DNA of 64,000 nucleotides from Ascidiella aspersa (Eukaryota): contig OZ004612.1 in assembly GCA_963924565.1 (NCBI GenBank), positions 5,704,001-5,768,000 of the forward strand, read 5' to 3'. Below, in pieces: positions 38,489 to 51,392 of the stretch; position 1 is the stretch's first letter, and the number at the start of each line of letters is the position of its first letter. Both the position numbers and the translations under genes were made by a program. The notes beneath the pieces were generated by a model. The model did no database searches. It was not told the origin of the DNA and saw only the letters and a list, made by a program, of their open reading frames with translations.

Positions 38489-39783
38489 TTCTGCAGAGTA
38501 GACGCACAGTTACTGTATTTATTGATTAAGTGCATTTGAACATTTTGTACGCAAGATTAATTATATTTTGGCGATAATTGGAACTAGTTGTGTTTGGTAC
38601 AAACTTTGCACCATTTAACATCACATGTGTTCCAAACTTACACTAATAGTTGAATGCCGACATCAATATAACACACAAATTGCATATTATACAAATGTAC
38701 AAAAAGGTTAATAACTACTGCGTAAAAGTAACAGGGTAGTAACACGAACTTGACAGCATTGCTGGCCATTATTCCATTATTTTTTTGCACATTGTTTGCG
38801 GGCGACATACAGAAGGCTACCATGAGTGCCAGGGGCGAATGAACATTTTTTGTTTGGTCAGGACTAAAAAATGTTAAAATATGACGCCGCAAAGAGATTT
38901 TTTGCTGAGCACGAAAAATGCGTGAATTTGGCAAATTTAGAAGGGTCAAAATTATTTCTTTTAATTTGAAAGGGTCAAATTAGCCACACAAAAATCCCCA
39001 CATTGGTCAATACAAGGATGATATTTATCAAACTGGTAAATTGAATTCACATGTGTCCCACAGGCCTGGGTTTGGGCCACGGTCATTTAGAGATGGACAT
39101 GTGCATGGTTAAAGCTTTTAATAAGACGAAACTGAATCTGCTCGTAACAATTGAGGTCAGAACTAAAAAAAGTCTTTAAAACCGTACAATCTCAAATGCT
39201 ATACGAGGTAAGGCTTATAGCAGCATTTTTGGAATAAATTTTCAACTCTTTGATAATAGGATGTCAAGCTGCTTTCGATGCCGCTTTATGGCACTGTTGT
39301 TTTACGTTTTTGCTTAAGACAATGAACTGTTATAACTACCACTTACATTTTTATATATAGGTCTAGCATTGGGTCGGAGTCTATACCCGATTCCAGGTGG
39401 TAGCATCGGTATTAGCCTGATATTTGGCAGCGAGATCATAGAGCTATTTCGTTTTGAAAAGATATTGTTACATCACGTTAATTTGAATTAAAGTTAACCC
39501 GTTCCTTACGAATAAATTAAGTTCTGACATCTGTCATGACAGAGTTATTGTTAACGTGCTGTTCCCAAAAACTGGTGCGTTACTTGATGCTGTAAATGTG
39601 CCACGACAAAAGGTGTTTTTCAGTCTTAAGACTACCACCTGCTTGTCGTTAAATCAATATTAAAAAAATAAAAAAATGTTTTGACAACTTGAAAGTCAAT
39701 CCGCATTTTTTTACTGTAGAAATCAATTCATTGGTGTTTGACTTTTATAGAAAGCATTGATTTTTGACATGTCGAAAGTGTAT

Positions 39784-42700
39784 TTAAAACGTAAGGTTCA
39801 TGAGCACTTGGTCTTCGTATTTGACTTGCCGTTTTTGTTTTTTGTGTCCGGCGTTGTTTCTGTTGGCTGCCAGCAGTTCTTTGCCTATTGGTAAGTTGTC
39901 AACAATCTGTGCGCACTTTTTCATTCGCATTTTGTGGAACGTGTCGGAGACGGTTCCCATGTTGAACTTGGTTCTTCCCAACTTTCTCAATTCGTTGAAA
40001 GCGAGATGCAGCTTTGCCTCCATGGGTCCTAAAGGAAATACACCAAGACTTTTCGAGTCTAGTAATGTTGTTTATGCCGGGTTGCCAGTCGAATTTGTTG
40101 AATGTCTTTTTGAATTGATTTGCTATTAAAAAGTATTTGAAATGCCTTTTATTTGAAAAGTCTATGAAATGTTTTTATGGGCAGCTTAAGTTATGTGTTT
40201 TTGCCTTCCTTTCGTAAAACACTTTTTTAACTATTTGTTTTTGTGTTGACCATAGAATATATACAAACCTTTTTTCCGTTTTCGAACTGTTTTCGAATTG
40301 TTTTTCAAACACAGCATGTGACCCGAATTACGGCTTTGAATACCTCAATTTTTTTATAAGAAATGTTTATATGTTTGTGAATTTATTTCATAAAAATATG
40401 TGACAGCCCTGTTAGGCTGTTATGCTGGTTTACAAGGCAGGGGTGCTACCGTGTTTTAAACTAATCGAGTTTACATGGTATAAAAAAACATGGCGGTAAC
40501 TTTTGTATTTATACATTTTCGATTCCGAAAACAGCATGGGGTCAATTTATTTTTCACAAAAGACCCAAGTGAAATCATTTCATTTATAAAAACTGTGACT
40601 TAAGTACACTCAAGCCAAGTTTTGGATCACAGATTTGATTATCTCTGGGTTAAGTGCAACTTACCATTTCTAAGGCTGTCTTTTATAAACCATTCGTCTT
40701 CCTTGCAGAGGCGAAAGAACTGAAGTAGGTCGTCTCCATTCAGGTTGTTGCGTAGTGCCCTTGTGGTTATTTTCACTGCAATAGTAAATTTCATTTGTGC
40801 CATGTTGAACATTTTAATAAAATATGACAAGAAAAACTTACAAAGCTTGTCGTGGATTTCCAAAACAAACCATGGCGTCGGCAATTCCACTGCTAATGAT
40901 GTTTCCTTTAAAAAAATTAGAAATCGATTTCTTGTTTTACTCCATTTCTAATTAGATTGACAAATATTGCATTGAAAAGAAACACCACCAAATATTTTGT
41001 TCCTATTTGCAAATAACATTCCTAAAAAAATCTACCTTTTCAATATTTGAAATTATCTCGCAGTAAATTAGCAACTCTTCTTCTTTGAAGTAAAGTTTCA
41101 AATTCGAAGGATTGTTCATTCGTGTTATACACTTCTTGAATGATTGTGCAAATAAATCACCTTAAATAAACAGATTTTTATTATCACCATTATTGTTATG
41201 CCGTGCTTTATTAAAATTAATGGAGTTTGCTGAAATTTAAAAGATGAATGTTAGCGTCTATATAGAAAGATGACCTAAATTTTTCATGTATGACTACAAA
41301 AGTATTAACCTTAGCAGTCCTACCAAAAAGAACCCCAGCAAAAACAGATTAATATTTCGCTTAGAGTAGGCCATACCATTAGTGTTCACATTAAGTATAT
41401 TCGGAATATAAGAAATATCTTACAAAACAGAACAGGGTTACGTTAGGTGAACTATCCCAAAAAGAATTTATTCGTTATTATGAACAATATGCAAACGCTC
41501 AATGCAGTACCCCATATTTTGAACAAAATGTAGATGCCAAATGACGTCATTCTTAAGCCCAAACCTTAGTATTCTAAAAAAATAGAGGAAATAGAAACGT
41601 ATAAAGGTAATTTTTGAAGTACCTAGGTCAAATTTTGCTGGGACAAAGAAGTATAGTTAACTACAATTGTTTGCCCTATTTTGTGATAAATTTACTTTTT
41701 CAGTTAGTGATTACTACTGTGTATTATAAATCATGGCCGAAATCCCTTTTTTTATTTGGTATTGGATTGGCACCGATATAACCCTAACGGACAAACACCT
41801 ACACTACCACTTGGCATCGGGTATCGGTTCAGATCCGATATTATCGGACATCCTTAGTCTTAAGTCTAACAGTTTAGAAGTTTAAAATGTTTTGAGATAC
41901 TGACCGTTTGGAATATTCTGAGTTTCACAGCCGAAATACGCCACCAAGTTTATCTTCTCCCTTCGCGATAGAAGGTGAGTTAAGACCTTTTCAACTCGTT
42001 TCACTGTTAAGTAAAGTATAACATGAGTTATAAATCTAGTCGCTTTTATTTACAAGCATGTACTGACTTGTTCCCAAGTTTTGTCGCGCAATCTTTGTTG
42101 GTTTGCTTGTAATCTGAGTAGCATTAGCTAAACGGACAGCGAGCGAAGCATTTTGCACAGCTCTGGTCAAACTTTGTCTCTTCGTGAGATAGGCCCCATA
42201 CCTCATGCTTGCATGTAGTCTGCTTTTAAAAAAACTGCCATGAAAACAATTTAGGCATTGGGGTAAGGGTAAGCGTTTTTTTGAACTTTGATTTCTTTCT
42301 CCAAAGCAATTCAAAGAGGCCAGATGAGCCCAAATTAGGAGAAATCGATAAATCGAACTGAAAAACATTCATGTATCTCTATCCGATATTTACACAAACG
42401 TTTCGAAAAGCGGGGACAATTTAATTTGTTCTTTCGATAAAATAATTAAACATATCCAAAGAAAGCGTGTGCTAATTGACCTTTGACCTTAAGCCATAGA
42501 AAACTTACACAATCAAATTATACATAACGCACTTACACTGTAATACTCTGAAATGCATAAGGTTGACATAGACCATATTCATGCAAGTGAAATGTTACCT
42601 GCAAATGCGACTACAAGTTTGTAAAAAACTGGAATATCTTGCAAAAGTCCCAGTGTGAAAGCATAGCGCTGGGTTATAACCTGCAGCGTAGACTTCGCGG

Positions 42701-43367
42701 TGAAGACGAATTGTTGCGCTGTAAACACAAGAAAACAAAACATGACTGTCCGTTGTCCCTCATAATAATGCCAGGCTGAGAGATTCCACTTAAAAACGAT
42801 ATCTCCCGACATGTTACCAATGCGAAAGCGAAACTAAAATATTGCATTTCGGTCGTTGTACTCGTAGCGTCTCCTTCGCAGTAAGAACCATTTTACTTGA
42901 TGCCTGGTCAGTTAAGGGAAATGTGGCACGAGTGCATACTGAAAACAGAGACGACAAAACCGAAACGCATTCTACTGACGTGTAGGAACCAACCATTTTA
43001 TCTCGTACGTTCTTACAATACGAAATCCCATTAACTCACTTTTTTAGGTGTTAAAAATGGCAAATAAGGCACAAAAAACAGTTGTTCCCAACTGGCCGTT
43101 AATGTACTGGTTCTTCATGTTACCTATATTTAACGAAATGTTTAATTGAATTGCCTAAGCTTTTTTGACAAAATAATATAAAGGGTTTTACGTTATTGGT
43201 ATGGAAGGCCAGTTATCTACATTATATATTACAACAAACATTAAGTTGTTTTGGAAAGTTTAGAACTTTATTCTTTCTTACCTTCCACAAGGCTCTGCAT
43301 TTTCCTCTCTCTTTAAAGCCTTTGCTTTTTTCACGGACAATTGCTTGGTGAAGATTTTTCGTAGTAC
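39784..43367 (-). CDS. Multi-exon gene of unknown function with tandem death-fold (DED-like) regions. Core exons 41905..42003, 41036..41160, 40842..40905, 40665..40775, 39784..40028; tentative 5' exons 43282..43367, 42818..42903, 42599..42718, 42537..42547
   Basis: Five core exons have AG/GT ends and join without stops: KRVEKVLTHLLSRREKINLVAYFGCETQNIPNG-DLFAQSFKKCITRMNNPSNLKLYFKEEELLIYCEIISNIEK-ETSLAVELPTPWFVLEIHDKLL-KITTRALRNNLNGDDLLQFFRLCKEDEWFIKDSLRNG-PMEAKLHLAFNELRKLGRTKFNMGTVSDTFHKMRMKKCAQIVDNL...*. The domain call is by eye only. Confidence 0.65.
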
Positions 43368-45468
43368 CTGTTTAATGTGGGAGTGTTATGTTGCATAAGA
43401 TTTGTAAACCAAACACACAGCCACGAGTAGCTCGTTTGTCTACCCAGAGTAGCCTAAGGCTTTTATAACAAAATTTCAATTGAGTCCAACATATTGCGTA
43501 AACAAGCAAATTAATGATTTGTGAGGACAGCTGGTTTGTGTTTTACGGCCCTGGCTCTCTGTAAAATATTTTCTTATAGTAACCAGTCACAATGCTAACT
43601 ACAACCAACATGTACGTGCGGCAATGGCTACTTTTACCAAAATATGAAAGTATGATAGTATTTTTGCTGGAACGCATGGAAATTTTTATTGATGACTTTA
43701 CAACACAAAGTTACGTCACAACGGAACGTCTAAAACAAGTAACCTTGAAAAACATAAGGTTATCGTTCAAAATCGTGCACAAATATGCAATTTGAATCTA
43801 AGTTTAAATACAAGGAGATGGCGGAATCACCTGGTAAATACATTATTTTACGGTACAGCGTGTCTGCAATTTTTTCCCTCAACGCCGTTCTGTACCGTTT
43901 CGGCTTACTGTCACCACTGCTTATGACTGTGGATTAGCTTCTTATTAAAGCCTTAAACCTTATAGGACACAATTACCTTTGCTTTGAGTTGGGCCAAGCG
44001 GAAAAACGGCATCGCGAATCCCAAATGAACTGCGAAAACTTGGCTGCTGGTCACTGTACAGCTTTCAAATTCGGAGGGGTTGTTTGTAAATCCTGCCCAC
44101 TGGTGTAAACACCAGGCAGCGGGCCAAAACCTTTGCAGTAAGGTCTTGATTTACTAGGCAGCCACAGGTAGAAGCCCTATGTACTACAAGAAAGCCTTAT
44201 GTCCTTAAAAAAAGTCAATTGATTAGGATAAGTGAAGGCACGCCTGAAAACGCTAAACAAGACCTCTTTACAAGTAAATCAGTCAGTTAGCAAGATTTCT
44301 CTGTTAGTGAATCTCGTGCAGCAAGCTAAACCAGTGGTTTATTTGTAACTTTTCGGAACCTTTATCTCAACCAAAATTGACACAACTGACACCACTGTTG
44401 TTAAGCGTCTATTTCCATTTATCCTAGTTCTGCTGTGCAGCGCCTGTACGGTACACTCGTCAGCCCTTCCATGCGCCTGACACGCGGCCTGAGAATGACT
44501 CTAGCTTTTGTTACGCCTCTGCGTTTGTCCAATCGTATTTGTTCAACTGGGATTTTCACAAAAGCCCTGCACCACCCATTCGAGCAGGACAAATCAACAG
44601 TTCGAAAACCCTGTAGTAAGATCAGAATCCAATACAAAGAGATACGATATATGTCCAATTTTACTGACAATACAGTGTAGCCTACGCTGTATTAACAATA
44701 TTGCGCCTGCTATTAACTGTTTAAGATTTAAAAATAAACCTCGAACCTTTTATGGAAACCAAAAAGGTGTTTTTTGGCATAGGTTTTGCAAATGACTTCT
44801 TTTGTGGGACTTTTTTTATTAATCCATATTTCCTGTCAACATTCCCGTGTTTGTGGTCCCTCCGTTATGGCGTAACCCTGTACAGTTGCCATACGCGTGC
44901 GTATTGACCATGGTAGCATCGAAAAAAACAGGAACTACAGTTTTCGCAACCAAACTTCGATTCAATTGACATAATTTTATGTTACTTTTGTTTAGGTTTT
45001 AGGCGTATTGCGAAGTCTTTTGGTGTGACCTAGGTCCTAGGTGATGTGGAAAGTGTATATAGGACAAAAGGTGCACGTTAGCATATAAATTTAGGTGGAA
45101 AAAGGCGCTTCACATTGCTATGAAAACTTAAAAATAGCCTATCGAAACTCTACCATCATGTTTGTGTTTTAAACCAATTAGGTTTTTCACAATACATTTC
45201 TACATTCAAATTGGGCGCTTTTGATTTGCTTTATTACCAACTTGCTTGATGTATCAGGTTTTGCCTGACTAGACACTATTCGTGAGTTTTAAAACGGTTT
45301 GTATCATTCAATGCCAAATTTGTTCGGCGTAACGAACCAAATATGACATTCCATAAATTGCACAGCCTTAAATTAGATTTTTTCTGCTATATATTAAGTG
45401 TTTTTCCGCGCAGTACCACAGGTCATTCATGCCATCAGCATTTGGCTTATGAAGGGCTACAAACTTTG

Positions 45469-45834
45469 CCACGCCCCCTTTTTCGTCCAATCGTTGACAA
45501 ATGACATTGAAATAAAAAAATGTTTCTGTTCCAAGAAAATCTTTTTGAATTTTTATAAACGTTTTGGTTGTTGAACCTATTTACGTCATACCTAGTGACT
45601 TGAAGGCACCCTTATGATGTCACAGAGACATAGACCACCTGATTCAGTCGCTAGCAACGTGCGCGTTGCCCTGGGCAACATCGAAAAAAGAGGAACTTAT
45701 AATTAGACTTTCGCAACAACAGATTACATTGCGCTTTAACATGCATACTTTGTGTTTGTGTTACGCTTGCTTTTCGTAGGCGGCAGTATTGCGATGTCAT
45801 ACCGTGTTGCGTAACTAATTGGCATGTATAAATA
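45469..45834 (+). promoter_or_regulatory. Promoter-like module (GC-box, CCAAT, CRE-like, RFX X-box, TATA); paralog at about 54754-55139
   Basis: CCACGCCCC 45469, CCAAT 45487, GTTGCCCTGGGCAAC 45665-45679, TATAAATA 45827-45834; all retained in the diverged paralog. Confidence 0.5.
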
Positions 45835-46000
45835 GTTTACTGGAAGAGGGCGGTACATTTTTGTTCGGTTAAAATTTTAACTAGCCAAGGGTGGCGAAAC
45901 GCGAAGAAAACTGCTAAAAAGGCACACTGTGTTTTTCTTATATGTTATGCAGTAAAATCGAAAAAAAAATAAGAACTATACGACATTCGCAACCTTTTGA

Positions 46001-49000
46001 ACAACGTTGTGCGGTAATTTATTTTCCATTTTTTAACGATCCTATTTTATATGAAAGTTGATATTTGACTTTTTTATGCCTTGCCTTGTGACGTAAAGTG
46101 GCCATGTGACTATAGTAGGAAAAACAACACGCCTGCTTTCTTTTCCCTCGTTTTGGTGTCGTAAACCCTGGAACTCTTTATGACACCCTCCAAATCGTCT
46201 AGTCTAGGCACCTGTTGCGCTTGTAAAATACTTTAATGCGTAAGGTCGTAGTAGTAACGAACAATAGGCAGGCACGCTTTTTGAAACATGACTTTTGTTA
46301 TCAATGTTATGTTGTTGTTTGGGATTCGGTGTTTGGCAACCATTTTGGCGTTAACCACTGCTGTTCCCGTAACAACAACTAATCTTAGGTGATTTTTTTT
46401 TGAAGCACGGTTGTGCAAAAGCTCGTCAACAGCGAAATGCGACTTGTCAAACGTGTCACATGTTTTTAGCTTACAAATAATTAAATTGGCTTGAATGAAT
46501 TGATCCACCCCTCGTGACACACCCCTAAATAAACCGACCAACCACAAGTCAGAAACTATTTACAACTGGTGTAACTTAAATATTATACTTCTCCGAGTAC
46601 CCTGTGGTCCTGGACTTGCGCCGCCATCCAACTGCTAAAAATACACAGTAGTGACTGTTGCACATTTGTTTTCACAATAGTAAAAACCGTTCAGATATCG
46701 CCATGTTTAATGACGTCATTCCTGACGTTGTGCACACGTTGGGTGATGTCACACACCACGCAGTGTGCAGTCGCGAACAGCGTGCGTCACGGACCTTGCA
46801 AATGTAGGATTAATAACAGCAACTATAGGTATTTCGCAATAACATCTATATTTGATACTGTGGTATTTTTGTAGATGTTTTACGTAAGACGGCCACAACA
46901 TTTTTGTGGTGGGCCTTACACAAAACAAATGCTAACCAACACACCTTGTTTAATTATAAACCTTACTTCATACGTGTTCTAAATTGTTAAAACAAAATTA
47001 ATGTTTTTCTGCAAAAAACATGAGGAATCTATTATAGGAAGATAATTGATTGACATGCTGCGTAAAAATGTTCCAAATGCATAGTAACCAATTGCACTTA
47101 TGTTTTAAAGGACACATGTCTTGCTTGACATTTAATGAGCTTGGTAAACTGTTTTTAGGCACACAAACCCACCCAGTTATGTACAATTAGGTTTAACTTG
47201 TTTTAAATGAATATAAATAAACTTGTGCCAAGAATTCATAAACCCTGGAAACACCGCCACACGAATTTTACCGTTTGTTTATTTATTTATTATTGTTAGA
47301 TTTTTTTGGTTGTTGCGCCATATTTCAACTTACAGCCCCAGCATTAAAAGCGGCACGGGCGTCACAAAACACGCTTGAATGACTTAGAGAACAGCCCCCG
47401 ACACGCCAAAACAACCGACAAATCAGAGCAAGGTACTAGAGTTTGCCATCTTCTAATTGGTTGAGCTTCGAGAGCGACTAGGTCTTGTGATAGCCTCGCT
47501 TCGGTGTAGCGCACGTGTTGATCAGAAATCACAATGGAGATGTCTGGTATTTCTTTTACCAAGAAACCTGCGCACTTAACCTTGTTAAATTGACAAATAA
47601 GATGATGAAAATGAATTAAAAGATACCCGAACCGTTCAAAATGCTACCTACTTCTGTGTGGGCTTTTTGGCCATTCTACGTCTAACTTCAACCTCCAGCA
47701 ATTATCTTAAGATTTATCCGAAACGTTCAAAATGGTACCTACCTCTGCTGTGTGGGTTCGATATTCTTACAAACCTCCAACCATTTTGCTTTTAAATCTA
47801 AATTAAAACGGGAATCAGGAATCAGGACTAATACCAACCTGATTTTTTGCCCAGTATATTGTTGTTTATAACATTACGTAAAAAATTGTTCAGGCCAGTG
47901 ATTTCAAATTTTGTTTGCAGGAAAGACCTCTTAAAAATCGATGGGTGGATTACAGGCCTATGCTATTGTAAAAAACACAATATTGTAACGGAGTTTAATG
48001 GAATGGGTGCACTTGATTTGCCTTTGATCAATCAACCTAGTGTGGGTTTGAGTATTTAACGAGAAGTAACTTTCTTTTGTACCCAAACTCGAAGCAACGC
48101 CACAGCCACACTTTGGAACCACAGGTTAAGGAGAAAAGACTACTGCACTGTCATGCAGGAAAATCTCAGTTGTACTTTTCCAGAAGACCTTAACTTTTTT
48201 TTATTTTGTAAAGTCTAGCTTTATGCATGTTGCCCAGGACAAGTATTTTCTATTGGATCTTCCTTGTTCAACCAATTAGATATTGGTAAAATACACTTAT
48301 AGGGACACGTGCCTTACGTGGCCATTTTATTAACTTAATTTTTATTACAAGTTTAACGCAACCTTTTTTTGAACCACAAACGCTTACCTCGAAATACTTA
48401 AAGCTTAGTTTAAACGTCTATAAAAAGAGATATTTTACGCTTGTACAAAGCAACATTCTCTTTTGATATTTTGCCGCTTGTAGACGGCTATAGTCAGACG
48501 GTAGACGGCTATAGTCAGACATTTGTGTTGCTTTTTTTAGTTGCTGTTCGTAATTCGGTGTTCCAGTGGAAAGCAACCGTTTGTAATCTGTAAAAAAACA
48601 AAACGACATCACAAATCATTCAATATGCTTGGATGAATTGGGCCGCCCCTCTTGACACGCCCCTAAACAAACCGACCAACCACAAGTCAGAAACTATTTA
48701 CAACCAGTTGTATTGGTTTGGTACGCTCAAGAGTCATTTGGACTTCGCCATATTTCCCACAGTCACCAAAACCATCTGCTAAACATAAATAGTAGTGACT
48801 TGCCAATTTGCTCACACAATAGTGGTTTAGATTTCGCCATGTTTTATGACGTCGTTCCTTACGCTGTGCACACGCTGGGTGATGTCACACACCACTTACT
48901 GTTCAGTCGCGAACAGCGTGTGCCTTGGACCTATGGAATATCAAGTTAAAACAGGAACTATAGCTGTTTCGCAATAGCTGAAATTTGCCTGCACGGTCAT

Positions 49001-51369
49001 TTTTGTAGACCTGTATGGATGTTTTTTTAATGTCGGCCACATAATTATGTGGTGGGTGTTTTTTTCCTTACGAAAACGTTTTGCTGGTTAATACATCTTA
49101 CTTAATGCTCTGTGTAACCATTTCCTTGAGAATATAAAGTAAATTCAATTGCGACACGGACAAAGCGTTTTCCTCGTTGTTGAAAACTTGCTTTAAGTAC
49201 AACACCGTCGGCGAATCAATTATTTGAAATATGTTTGATTGGCATGTTGAGCAAAAAATTACGAAACACACATTACCCAACTATATATTTACGTTTTGTA
49301 GAACATTTACTGGGCTTTCCAGTTAACTTGATAAACCGTTTTCACGCTTAAAAAACGATACAGCTTGGCCAAATTAAATTGTTCTTTTTACCTGAATTTA
49401 AATAAAATCATGCGAAGGTTTCATGACACCTAGAAACGTTCACATTTGATGTTGTCGGTTTTGGGGGAGAAATTTGATGTTTCGCTATACTTGAAATTAG
49501 AGTCGCAACCCTAAAATCTTCCATGACGTCATATAACACGCTCGAATGACGTTCATACCCATACTTGCTGTAACACACCTCCAACACACCCAACTAACCA
49601 ACCAACCACATTTGTCAGCTGCTTCTTGATGGTTAGGCCTTAACAACCATTGTTGTCACATTGGGAACACCCCTTGCCACACATTACCTAACCGACCAAT
49701 CCGCATGGAGTATGGTTTGGACTTTAGTCGGCGCCGAACAGGGAATTAGTTTAAATTTATCGCTGGAACGTGGAAAGTTTTATCGTTTGAATTATTTTGT
49801 TTATTAAAAATGCGAAGTCATGCGTCCTATAGACCCGGGATGGGGAATCTGTGGCCCACTTGCTTTTCAGGGTGGCCCGTGCTAAAGTATTATTTTAAGG
49901 TTTCCAGGACAGTAACAATTATTATATGTGTGTGAACAAATATTACTTGAGTTTATGCAATTTTGACGAATGAATTCAACCTTCCGTATTTAATATTATA
50001 ATGACGTCAAAGCCATAAAAATTGCTTAACATTAAACACTTGCTATATTTTTGACATCAAACACTTTTCTAAAGTATCCAACGCAGCAACAATTAATAAA
50101 TTTGCATGAACAAATATTGCTTTGAGTTGACTTACGCTTTTGATGAATTTTCTTAAGCCTTCTCATTAAACATTATAATGACTTGAAAGTTATTGCCAAA
50201 CACTTACTATATTTTCGAATTCCTGTAGCTGGCTATAGTCATATTGCCCAATTCATTATATGCACATAGTACCAAGTGTCCTAGCTAGACCAATGCGTTG
50301 TAACTTGTAACACGTAATGTGTTAGAACCTGCCATAAACATTACTTTGAAGCACTGTTTGCTTGTTTAAAAAGTTAGAAACATTGTTATGCCATGCGGAC
50401 AGTGTTACATCGCAACTGAACCGTTGGACATTTTGCGTTTCGAAACAGATGACTACCTAAATGTACTCAGCACATAAAAAAAAAACTTTCAATCTGTTAG
50501 ATAATGACAACGCCACTAAATTTCACAAGCACAGGCTTATGGTGTTTATTTTTTAAAAGAGCAAACACTTAACAGTACAAATAAAGTGTAATAAGCAGAA
50601 GCATCGGAATAAATAAAAAAGCTTAAATATAATGCTCCAATAAAGGAAAGGACAATATCAAGTATTGTGTCGGAAGAGCATTCGTCAAACTGGTTTCACC
50701 ATTTGTCGCCTTTTACATAACCAAATAAGTGAGCTGTAAGTGATACGATGCCAGTGAATTGTTGTGATAACGCCCCTTTTCGCAACGCCCCTTTTTGCCA
50801 CCAATAACAAGCAGCGAGGCACTTTGGACTTTGGCAATAGGAAGTGAGTCACGGGTTGTTGCGTAAGAAAAAAGCGCCGAAAGTGTGGGGTAGTGTCGCA
50901 AAGTTTAATCTATCTAAACAAACCCCGTGAAACTATATGATAGCAAAACGTTATAAGAATATCAAACCCCATACAGAAGTAGGTATCATTTTGAACGTTT
51001 CGAATACCTCTCCTTTATTCATTGTCAACATAGTGAGAAGGCACTGATTGAAAGTGTATATATACTGCTGAGACAGACGTCAGAAAGAAGGAAACAAACA
51101 AAGAGTTATTCACAACGTTCAAAATGACACCTACTTCAGTATGGGCTTTGATATTCTTATTACGTCTTACTGCAACCTTTAAACAATATGCTCCAAAGTA
51201 TATGAAAGCAAAAAGTAGCAACATAATAAATACGCGAGCAATGTGTGTTATCGAAGCTGTCGATTCGGAATGCACGATACAGGGTTGGCACCGCGACGAA
51301 GAGGCCTTTGTGGTTAAACAGTAATCCTCTTTCAGTAGAACTGTATTATTCAACTAGGCACGTATAGTA
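46001..51369 (+). repeat. Recent segmental duplicate, copy 1
   Basis: Near-identical to 57946-63414 (offset 11,945 at the start and 12,045 at the end); matching ORF-track peptides in both copies. Confidence 0.95.
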
Positions 51370-51392
51370 TAGTTATATTGAAATTCATTCGC

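Noticed and set aside
43818-44108. Possible + strand two-exon mini-gene (MAESPG-HNYLCFELG...CKSCPLV)
   Set aside because: Only about 53 aa, with weak splice signals and no recognisable family; cannot be told from chance
46815-46880. SL-RNA or snRNA-like layout (ctatag|gtattt followed by ATTTTTG)
   Set aside because: The donor GT is not conserved among paralogous units and there is no match to leader or U-snRNA sequences I recognise
51015-51353. ORFs repeated in both duplicate copies (also 63060..63398 and 46233..46547)
   Set aside because: Recurrence reflects DNA duplication; they overlap the dispersed repeat or are frameshifted between copies
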